A stretch of DNA of 64,000 nt from Leptogorgia sarmentosa (taxonomy: Eukaryota): NCBI GenBank assembly GCA_964658305.1, contig OZ210885.1, forward strand, positions 1,364,001-1,428,000, given 5' to 3'. This document shows positions 1-10,399 of this stretch, in pieces. Within the stretch, counting starts at the first letter, position 1. Each line of letters opens with the position of its first letter. Position numbers and translations under genes: made by a program. The notes beneath the pieces are model-generated. The model had not been told where the DNA came from. It did not search any database and was given only the letters and a program-made list of their open reading frames with translations.

Positions 1-3000
1 CTATATCCATGGTTGTTGTTATCACTGGAGCAGCTGTAACTCTCAAACTTGGCCAACTTCCTCACTGGATGGTCACTGTGTCTGTCGGAGCGAGTGTTAT
101 GTTTTATCTCACTCATTGGCGAGCATATGTCAGTGGAGTTGTTCGCTTTGGAAGGCAAGTTTATTCAGATAAAAACACAGAATGGGCGAACGATCTGCTT
201 AGCAGCAATCGCTCATTTGTGGCTTTTTTCTGTTTCAGAATTGATGTAACTGAATTACAAATATTAGGAGTATTTATCTTTTTTCTCACGGGGTTTTGTG
301 GACAAGATATCTTCTTAGCAAACGTGAGTCTATGTTAGAAAATTCAACGGATAGTTATTGAATAGTAAGCGTTTCAATAACTACCCCCGCCCCCCTCTCC
401 TGGAACAGAAATTTGGTACCGAAAGCCTATTTGGAGTTTGTTCCTATCCTCTCATCTCATACTTATCCGGAGTGCTCCGAGTGGGCTAGATTATAGAATA
501 CCCGTCCACTTTTGAAACTACTGTATGACTTGTTATCATGATATGATACGAAGTGAGAATAATGACGTAATATAATGTAGCGGGTATTTCAAGAAGTCTG
601 GGCAAGGTATATTTTTTCGTGATACGATGATACGAAGTGAGAATAATGACGTTAGCGTTTAATGTTTGGGTCAGTGTTTACTGATAGGGTCAGTGTTTAT
701 TGTTAGGGTTAGCCTAAAGTTACTGTTCGGGTCAGTGTTTATGTTCAAACAAGTCTGTTTCAAAAGTGGACGGGTATTCTATAATCGCTCCTTCGGTAGC
801 GTCCTGGGAACAAGGGTTGGCGTAATTTTCCTGTTTATATGATTGTTCTTTGCTTCATGATTCTTTTCAGACTCTGATACTCTCGTTAGAATTGCGAGAA
901 GTGTTGATGTATGGCGCTTTGCTGTCAGCCATAGTTGTAACGATACTGAACATTTATGAAATATTCCAAGGAGGTGTAGGAAAAAATGGATCTTCTGTAG
1001 CGGTAAGTGTTTTTATCTGTGATATTTCACTTGCGATAAATGCGAGCGATCCAACCCGGGCGCAATTAAAAATTTGCTGCCTTTCATGGCTAGCTAAATG
1101 AAAATCGTTTTGATGTTTATACATATGTATGACAATGAACGACCACAATGTACAAATACAGGAATAAAACACTGTTGTTGAAAATTTGGGCAGCCACTTG
1201 ACTAAATGCTTCTTCACGATGTAAAACATATGAAAAACAAAACGCTAAACTGCCAAGGGCGAAATAGAAGCAAATCCAAACCTTGTGCAAAAATAACCAG
1301 AGAAAGAACGCTTGGAAAATGAAGTTTAATTACCTGACATCAACTTTTGAAGACGTAAGAAAAACACTTCACCATACGGTGTTAGGCATTTTGTGCTTGA
1401 AATAAAAATAATGCATTAGCTGAAATACCTAATGCCTCATAACAAACTTTTTATCAACTTCGCTCCCTACAGAATGATCATACATGTCGTTCTCGTTTAA
1501 GACCTGGTTTTCCTGCTTGTGTGATTGAGAACATCAATGTATTATACCAATGCATGTATTAATACATATGTATAAAACAACTAGTTATTCATTTCATGTT
1601 TACTGTCAATCCTTTCGTGGACTTCACATTTTGCACTTCTTGTGACAGAACATGTTCTGCGTTTTATTAATAACTCGGCACAGGAAAGCATAAGTCAGTG
1701 AGGCCGTGGAAACAATTGCTATTGATCTTAAATTATATTCACGAAAATGTAAACAAATATGGCAATGTGTCGTTGCTGTAACTAATAACGGTAATAAAGG
1801 TAATTTTTGCTTCCAGTTTACTGACGTATACTTTCCGCATGGGTGTCAGTATTATTACTTAATTTATCACTTTAATATTTGTTTTTATATTCAGGATACC
1901 AGCGTGTTATCTCCAGCAGTACCATTTGTGATTACATTGTACCTCATCTATTACAATTATGCCTATTCAAAGAGCAATGTGTTCGCAAGAGCGCCTTGTT
2001 TATTTGTCTTCGCCTTTGGTTTTGTCTTGGCAAAAGTTTCAATTGTATTACTGGTAAGTCAAACCGGGGATCATCCTCGTTCCCAGTCAAAAGGAAAGAG
2101 CCTGGGAACGAGATTTGAGAGTTTGCATAATACATATTAGTATACACCCAACCATCCTGTATTACAAATGCTACATTCTGATTGGCTACTCAGCCGTTGT
2201 CTATTGCGTGATAGGCACGGTTCGCGAAAAAGCAAAGGAAAACAATATGGCTAGTGCAGAAAACTCGCGTTTTGCTGAGGTTTCTGAAGAATTTTCTTGG
2301 TATAAACAATTCTGGGCACAGAGTGTATAGTAAAACAATTAGACAACTCGGCCTTATTGTCTAAATATAGTTTTCCTCAACTCTCGTGCACCGGACAACC
2401 GGGGATGGGAGATGATATAAGAGTTGACCATTCGCGATGTTTCACCGCACGCAAAGCAGGGATCGTTGAAGCCAATTTATTATAAAGAAACAAAGCTTGT
2501 GCATTTTTCACAGTAACAATAGCGTGAACATATCCCTTAAAACTATGTGACTAGCCGGTAAACAAAAATACATAGTAGTTTAAAAGTGAATCTTCTCTGT
2601 TAGCATTTATTTCATAACTACAGTATAGTATCGCGAAAAACCTTCTGCTGATAAGTATTACATTTTCTTTGGCCCATTCTTTTAATCTATATTCATACAT
2701 TTAATTACTAAATTTGTTGTACAATTCAATTATTAATATATTCAATTATATGTAAAAGGTATTGTTCTTGAAACTTCGTTGTGGCAGTTCTTAATTTTGG
2801 AACCTTGTTCTGTTCCTAGGTTTCGTGTATGACAAAAAGTGCTATACCAATGGTCGATACTGTTCTGCTATGTCCTTTCTTTCAACTAGTGAATATCCAT
2901 TTTAACTCACCAATGAGTGAATATCGTCTATTATGGTTTAGTTTGGTAAGTTTATCTATAAAGCTTCATTTACAATAATCATACGTTTAATGTACGAGGA

Positions 3001-3390
3001 TAGGGGTTTACGTCGTTTTAGACGTGTTAAGTTGTTTCGAGTTATGCCGCCATTTTTAATGTCCACTGTTTTCCCAGGATTTGAAATCAATCTCAATATT
3101 CCGATGTTAAAAGTAAAAACTTTAAAAAACCTCTTGTCTTAAAAAAACGTGCCCGCAATCCTTATGGCCAGAAAACATTGATCTTAGATACTTCATGCGT
3201 TAACATCCACCATTGTAAAATTGCATGTCGTTTTGCTTTTTTTTTGCAGATGTTTTCAACTTTCAGTTTACTTCAGTACTGCTACGCTGTGATCACTGAG
3301 ATATGTGCTCACTTAAATATCAGCTGTTTCACAATAACTCCCAAGCAAACCAAGGAAGAATCTTCAACAAAGGAAGGAAAAGCTAGCTAA
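1..3390 (+). CDS. CEPT1: Choline/ethanolamine phosphotransferase (CEPT1/CHPT1 family), 3' part; gene begins upstream of the window
   Basis: Exons <1-154, 239-323, 871-1002, 1895-2053, 2820-2945, 3250-3390 join in frame. Motifs HWRAYVSGVVRFGRIDVTELQ, GGVGKNGSSVADTSVLSP, VSCMTKS and YCYAVITEICAHLNISCF match CEPT1/CHPT1 (WQTYVSGTLRFG..DVTE, GGVGKNGST.AGTSVLSP). Orthology to CEPT1 versus CHPT1 cannot be resolved by eye. Confidence 0.9.
489..786. mobile_element. MITE-like element with 30-bp terminal inverted repeats in a CEPT1 intron
   Basis: GATTATAGAATACCCGTCCACTTTTGAAAC (489-518) is the exact reverse complement of 757-786. The interior has a short direct repeat and degenerate GGGTTAG/GGGTCAG units. 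Confidence 0.7.
2137..2366 (+). mobile_element. Small asymmetric-inverted-repeat/hairpin element (Crypton-like non-autonomous candidate)
   Basis: 5' TTAGTATACAC, TCTGATTGG box, ATG at 2247 reading MASAENSRFAEVSEE, subterminal GTGTATAGTAA, then AACAATTAGACAA..TTGTCTAA hairpin. Related copies at 28133-28316 and about 42498-42681. Confidence 0.65.
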
Positions 3391-4714
3391 CTATAGACAT
3401 CGCTATTTTCTATAAGGCAAACAATTTAAATACAAATTGGGTTCAGATTTCTTGTCACTACAGACTAACTACAGTATATTGTTTTATAAGGTTAGATAGG
3501 TCGGGAAAACATTTTATTTTATATATATTTTCTAATGCTTGAGACAACTAACACACTAGTACGTACCGTACTTAATGCACTTCAGTTTAGTTAAGAATCT
3601 GCTCTGTGAATTTTTGATGTCCCCGGAAATTTGCGCTCAGAAATTTACAGTAGCTCTACTGCTTAATCAGTTTGAAACTATCGTGATAAAAACGACTAAA
3701 CTTAAAACTTATAAGAATCATGGTACATGGAATATTTTCTTTTAACATGCTTTTACTATTACGTGCATACATTCGAAATAATAATCAGGATGAGGTTGAT
3801 TTAAACACACACACACTGTATAGCTTCTATTGTCTGCAGCATAAAATTTCATCCTAATTATTATTCGCAACAGTTTTATCAGGTAAAATGACGTGTACAT
3901 TATTAAATGAATGCATGTGATTGGCCAATAAGGCAATAATTATTATCATAGACCATCGAAAGAATGGAGTAAAAACAAAGGCGGAACTCCAGGACATTTG
4001 TGATCTGCCATTTTTTTCAACTCTGCAACGTCACTTGATATACATTTTACTATTTCGGTATTCGAAAAGAACGCAAGAATTAGGAGTTCATTTTTAGCTT
4101 TATGTCCAAAAGGAGTTTTCAACATTGATACTTGCATTGGCATCGCGGTTCCTGTTCCAAATTTGTAAATACGAAGTCCTCAATAAGTGAAATTATAGGC
4201 TTCCAAAGTAGAGCGTCTCCATTCATTTGATTGTCTCTGATATATTGAGTGTTTGGGATTTTTCTTGTGTGTTGGGTTTTAATTTACATTTAATGTGTTC
4301 TGATATAATTTATTTTGCCACAGCCATGGCAACAATAATAAATTGACAATTTGTCAGATTCAATGTAGCTGTTGTACTCATGCAATTTTGCACTGATATC
4401 AATCACTAAGTTAACACAGTTAATATTCCAGCGGCCATGCAATTTAAATTTCAATAACCATATATAACATGCAGCTGCGAGATATTTGCACTCGCGATAT
4501 TGCTATTGGAGTACAGTGTTTATACAGTACTACCAAGTGACATTCGCTACCTGCAATTGTCAAGACAAAGCCATTACAAGATATTAAAAAAGCAATCAGA
4601 GTGAGTATAGATAATCTTACCTAACAATATAACACTTTTTTCTTTGCCACAAGTCTTTGACCTGAACCATTTCTCGTTATTAGATTGGGTAAATTCGATG
4701 AAGAAAGATATAAC

Positions 4715-7342
4715 ATGAGAAATTTGCAGATGATTTTTGCCTTCGTGTGTTGGATATCGGTGCCAAACGTAAAAGCCCAACTGACAACTTCACTATACTT
4801 TGTTCAACGTAGTAAAGGTAAGTTTTTGAATTGAATGAAATAAATCCAGAACCAGGCTCACTACTAGATATAAAACAGAATTCAACAAAAATTTCAAGTA
4901 AATGCCGCTATGATTATGTTGAAATAATTCAAACGTAGAGCTTTTTCGAAAAATTGTATGACAAAATCTTTATGACGGTTAATAAATACCTAGCTGTAAA
5001 AGTCGGATCAAACGTACGAGGATGAGTGCATGAGAATTGGCAGTATACGTACCGTTAGCTTTTTTAGCTGGCTTTCCAAGCATTATCATGTATATAATAT
5101 TCCAATCAAGTTGAAATACTCATCATTGAACATTTATTTTGCAAGTTTTGTTAATTAATCTCGAGCCTCGAATGTCCCCTGTCACAATTTATTAGTGATT
5201 GCAACTCACTGGGCTTAATTATTCCTTTAATAATTATATAAGCCAGTTTCGTACCTATCTTATCAAAATATTTCAACGGCATGTATTGCATTGGTACTTC
5301 AAGATTGCAAACAGGGGTGTAGTCCTAGAATCTTTTTTAAACATTGGGACACATCGAGTAATAATTGTCAACTCAGGGGCGGATCCTGGCCGAAATCTGA
5401 CCGTATCAAAGGTTCATGAAGGAGCTTAAGCAAAGAGGATTCTAGTACGCGAACATGACAAGAAACAATCTTCAATTTTACTCTTTTTGATAATCGTAAA
5501 GATAATAATATCGTAATAATCGATACCGATTATCATGTCTTGCCTAAGTCTACGGTACAGCTAGTACTGCTGTAAGTTGGGCCCTAAACTCTTACTTTCC
5601 AGGCATAACCCCAGTGTTAACACCCTCAGGAGAATTCGTTTTCCTGCGCAAGATACTAGAGGACAAGCATTCTCAAACAATCGTTTACTGCAACGATTTA
5701 GTTGCAATATCTCTCTCATCTATTGCCAAGATGAAATTTTAACAAATCTCGTGTGTTAATGTTCTTTGACCGTTTATATTAGCGATTTTTGACAAATTTG
5801 TTTTAAATTTATTTTCACAAATGCATGAATTCAAAAAATCTGGCTTTTTTGAAGGCTAAGTTTTGAGTTGAGATGCAGTTGACATATAATTTATCAAAGA
5901 AAATTTGGTCTTGTGAATGGGACTTTAAGAAATGTAACAAGTGATTCATTTCATTTTGTTCATACGCAGGTGGTCCATTGCCTGTTTCTGCTTTGCTGTC
6001 TGGTCATATTGTAAACAGTGAAGAAGAATGCTCGTTAAGATGCCTTGAAGAACTTTATTGCTTGGGATTTAATTTTAACTCAAGAATAATCAACAAATCT
6101 TCGTGTAAAGTGAATTGTCAACTCAGCGATTGGGACAACTTGGACGACGTCGTGAGCGGCGATGAGTGGATATTTTACTATGCTTTATCGAGAGTAAGTG
6201 AGGTGGAACGTAATGAATCCATGACGAATATAGACGACTCCTCTTGTTAGTAAGTTAGTCCCCCCCCCCTCCCTCCGCCCCCCCCCTCCCCCCTCCCTCC
6301 GCCCCCCCCCCCCCCCCTCGAATGTTGCTACTCAATATTGTTATTATAGATGACAAGTGCTTTGAAAATTAAAACAGCTATTGCATCATTAAAACAGGAT
6401 TAAACTTATATATTTTGGCCATTAATGCGTCATTTTTTAAGAAAATGAATAATATACTGCAACGTGTAAAAACATACATAGTTTAATTGTTGTTTAACAA
6501 GGCGATGGTTGCTGTATGCATGCATTATTTTCTGGTAAATGATTATCCAACAGCAGTTCATAAACGGGTTAAAAATTAACACTGTTTTCCGCAGAGTGAC
6601 GCAAAAGTAAATACTGTTACAACGAGTCAACGTCCAACTGTTTTTCATATTTATCAATATGGACGTATAGTGAACGCTGATGCACAGTTCGGTAAGTCTC
6701 GTTTTTTTAATATACATTAATTTCATATTAATGCACATACTCACCCGGAGGGTGGCGGCGTAGCTTCATCAACAATTGATTCAATTACAGTACATCTGAA
6801 TTCACCGCTTACTTGAAAAATCACTAAATTGAGTGAAATACCTTAAAAAGTCTCATTGTCACGTGGTACAAACACCGTTTTTCAATTGGACACTTTGAAT
6901 TTGGGGTATAATATTTGTGATTATTCTGATACAATTAGATGAGAATTGCCCTTGCATGTGGAAGAGATTTGATGGTCGTTGTTATTACGTGAGTGAAAAG
7001 ACTGCCACTAGTTGGAGTGCTGCCCGAAAAGAGTGTCGGGAACGTGGGGGAGATCTGGCGATACCAGAAAATCGTGCAAACAATCAGCACATTTACGAGG
7101 CTGTGAAAGAACGCAATGTTGGCCGAGCATGGATTGGAGTGTACAGAGACGCTGAAAACAAGTTCTTCACTGTAGAAGACATCGAAATATCCTATAACAA
7201 CTGGAGCAATAATGAACCAAATAACCTTGGTGGAAAAGAAGATTGTGTTGAGATTTGGGATGTGAATGGTAATGCTGTTGCAAGTGCTAGCTGGAATGAT
7301 CTCACATGTAATCGAATGCTACATTTTATTTGTCAGCTGTAA
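4715..7342 (+). CDS. Secreted PAN/apple-like domain + C-type lectin domain protein (about 275 aa)
   Basis: Exons 4715-4817 (signal-peptide-like MRNLQMIFAFVCWISVPNVKAQ), 5970-6193 (EECSLRCLEELYCLGFNF..NCQL, PAN-like), 6595-6691 and 6939-7342 (CPCMWKRFDGRCYY..WIG..EPNN..EDCV..WND..C..FIC, CTLD). All introns are GT-AG with consistent phases. Confidence 0.85.
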
Positions 7343-7888
7343 ATTTCATAAAAATAGTTGTAACAGTGCAAAATATCTTCATGTGGTAAGTGTCCGTAGT
7401 CGTAGTTCTTAATAGATAATTATAATATCGTTTGTGAATATTAATCAGTGCGTTCCTCGTCAAATTGAAATAAGTTGTTGCTATTATTATCAATGTGAGT
7501 AAACGATTGGTTGATTGACGTGAATAAACGATTAGTTGCACTTGAGTGGAACGTCTTCATCTGGTGGAAATGTGTGATAATTCCATTGCTAGAAATCTGA
7601 GCAAACAAATTTCTATATATATATTTCAATATATATATTGAAAAAATGTTCCCTGGATTGAGAAATGTTTTTTAGAACATTTTTTTTCAATATTAATATG
7701 CCTGGATTACAAATCTTTAATCGTACATATATAATTATATATATATAATAATATATATAATAATATATATATATATATATATATATTATTCATTATATAG
7801 CTATATAGGCGCAGAAATAACAGTGTCAGGTTCCATATGAGTCACGATTTAGGGGCCGTTACTTAAGAATACTTAGATTATTTGAAAT

Positions 7889-7975
7889 AGGATTAGGATT
7901 AGCATTAGGAAAGGATTAGGGTTATTACTTGGTTAGAGGTTAGGGTTAGGATTAGGGTTGGGGTTAGGTTTAGAG
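7889..7975 (+). repeat. Degenerate TTAGGG-like interstitial repeat
   Basis: Runs of ttagga/ttaggg/ttgggg units, e.g. ggttagaggttagggttaggattagggttggggttaggttt. Confidence 0.6.
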
Positions 7976-8257
7976 CTAAGATTTTATTTAATATTAAAAT
8001 ACAAAAAGTCTAAAAATAGAAACAACCCCTAAAACGTATCGGAGCGAAGAATAATTTTAGACTAAAGTGACTTATCAACACAGGATAATATTGAACAGCC
8101 AGTAATCTGCAAAATCACTTGTGATAACTTCATTTTTGACTAAACATTTTTTATTCAAGCAACTAGTCATTCACAGCTATTTTTAAATTGTTTCTTTTAA
8201 AGTGAACATGAGGTTTACATTACAGAAAAAGCAAAAGTTCAACTAAAAAAGTTCCCT

Positions 8258-9453
8258 TTAAGACAGGTTAAAGTGATAGTTATTTCCAAAATCGCTGTCA
8301 TAGTGTTTGCCTCCATCATCTTCATAGTAGAACCACATTACGAGTTTCTCTGCATCACCAGGGATGGAAATGACTGCAGATTGAAAGTCATCATTTCCCG
8401 CATCAAGCGACTTGCCAACAACTGTATCATCGAGAAATTTCATCTGTGCTACCACTTGAATGTCCTCACCCAGTCTTTGCTCATCATAGAAAAGGTCAAA
8501 ATGTCCTCCAGCTTTGAGAGCACCATGTTGTTTCTCTTCCCAATCCTTCAAGAACACAACACTGGGTCTGGTGATGGGGAAGTGATAGTTCTGCCCAAAG
8601 TTGCTGTCATATTGCGGAGGATCAGCCTCGTTTTTGAACCAAATCACGACTTTGTCAGCGTCGATAGGAATTGAGATAGTATGATGGTAGACGCCTTGAT
8701 CATCTGACTCTCCCATGCTATTACTCTCGTAGTCAGGCCCGTCGTTAAACTTGTACTCGACTGTGACTTTTCCTGCAAGACGGGATTTCTCATAGTTGAT
8801 TTTGAATTCTCTTCCAACTCCCAGTTCACCATGAACTGTTTCCTCCCAATCGCTCGTGAAGTCGATGCTTGGCGTAGGCCCTTCGTTGGTTTTGCTGAAA
8901 AATTTAGAAAATATCTTTGATCAAAATAACATGGCAGGAGGTTTCAATGCATTCTCAAACCATCCGTAAAAACAAAGAACACGTCAACTGATTACACCAC
9001 TTGTTCAAGTATCAAAATTAATGATGCTTGGTTGCAGATCAGTAACGTGCACCATATCATTTCTTCAAAATAATAGGAAAACCTGCAGTAGTGAGAGGAA
9101 AAGACAACAACAGAAGGTAACGTTTTAATTGGATCATTGCAAGGATAAGTCATTGGATTAATTTGTTTCATTCAAGTTTGTTTCCAAAAGCGTTTCCTCA
9201 AGCTTACCTGTTGTCATCGTCAAATAATTCATAGTATCCTCGGTTGTTTCCTGAAAATTGCGAATTATACCATTAATTACTATTGAATGTATCTCGAGAT
9301 GTAACTTGGCACATGCTGGTTCCAATGTCATTTATAATACGCGTATAATCAACTATGATTTGATCTAATCGCTACTGCAGAATACTCACGGCGAAAACTG
9401 AAAGAGAGTGCGCAGCTGAAAGTCAGCAGTGTTAAAAACAACGTCAGCTTCAT
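8258..9453 (-). CDS. Secreted 247-aa protein with two tandem DUF6209-like (putative beta-sandwich, carbohydrate-binding-like) repeats
   Basis: Exons 9453-9390 (signal peptide MKLTLFLTLLTFSCALS), 9250-9208 and 8894-8258 join in frame (744 nt). Two repeats of about 100 aa: PSIDFTSDWEETVHGELGVG..YEKSRL..IPIDADKVVIWFKN..YDSNFGQNYHF and PSVVFLKDWEEKQHGALKAGG..YDEQRL..IPGDAEKLVMWF..YDSDFGNNYHF. Confidence 0.85.
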
Positions 9454-9460
9454 CTTCTAT

Positions 9461-9619
9461 CTTGCTTGCTTGCTTGCTTCTTTCTTGCTTCTTGCTTGCT
9501 TCTTGCTTGCTTGCTTCTTGCTTGCTTCTTGCTCGCTTCTTGCTCGCTTCTTGCTCGCTTCTTGCTTGCTTCTTGCTTGCTTCTTGCTTGCTTCTTGCTT
9601 GCTTTCCTCTTGCTTTCAC
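9461..9619. repeat. Simple repeat (CTTG/CTTGCTT)n just upstream of the start codon of the DUF6209-like gene
   Basis: Visible array of cttg, cttgctt and ctcgctt units; it explains the low-complexity ORFs at 9386-9731. Confidence 0.9.
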
Positions 9620-10399
9620 TAGATCTTGATCCAGAGACGCTGCAGACAATTTTGTCTCCTGTATTTATGCAAAAATTGGGCGTTGTTGCCCACCAATCGT
9701 ATTTGAGTATCGCACTGAATTGACCAATCATCGTGCAAGCAACTCAGAACAATTGTGACACAGTTGACCGACGTTGTCAACAGGACACACTTGAATTAAT
9801 AATTCCACTTCACCGATTCACAATGGCTTGATCAAAGTTCATTTCATGCTTAACTGGACAATGTTTGTTTACTCATTTCATTTAGGTCAGCAAATTTTTC
9901 ACCCATGCAGTTGCATGTCCTAGAACGTTGAATGCAGTGGCGGAAATTTCGGTGGAGTGGGGGTGGACAATCGCTCCCCCCCCCCTCTCGCACGTTCGTT
10001 CATTCGTTCGATACCTGAATTTTCTGGACAAATGACACCTGGTAGTGGCCATATAGCTAACAAAGATTTGTCGGAAATGAATTGGTAAATAATTTGCATT
10101 CAATACTTTTGACTTGTAATTGCGTGTGTGTAGTCAAGTGGCAAATATTGATATTCATGTTATGGTTGCTTAACTTTGAATTCTGGAACATAATTAACGT
10201 CGATTATTAACTGTGACAAAGTGACTGATGTGCTATCCCTCCTAGCTCCATACCAACACCTAGCTCGGATATAATGTTTTCACCAAGTTTGGCTGTGTCT
10301 TTGCTTGTCTCACGTGTAAATTTGATTGTTTGATTACAGACAGAATTGTGTATAGTGTCCAAGGTTACTGTAAGAATTTCCTTTGATGTACGCGGTCTG

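Noticed and set aside
7889..7975. Possible telomere or chromosome-fusion relic
   Set aside because: Short and degenerate, and similar tracts occur inside small repeats elsewhere in the window.
8273..8832. ORFs 8273-8674 (+) and 8644-8832 (-)
   Set aside because: Antisense or alternative-frame shadows of the DUF6209-like exon.
9386..9731. Overlapping ORFs with KQEASKKQARS / LLACFLLAS repeats
   Set aside because: Translations of a simple repeat; the real start codon is at 9453 in another frame.
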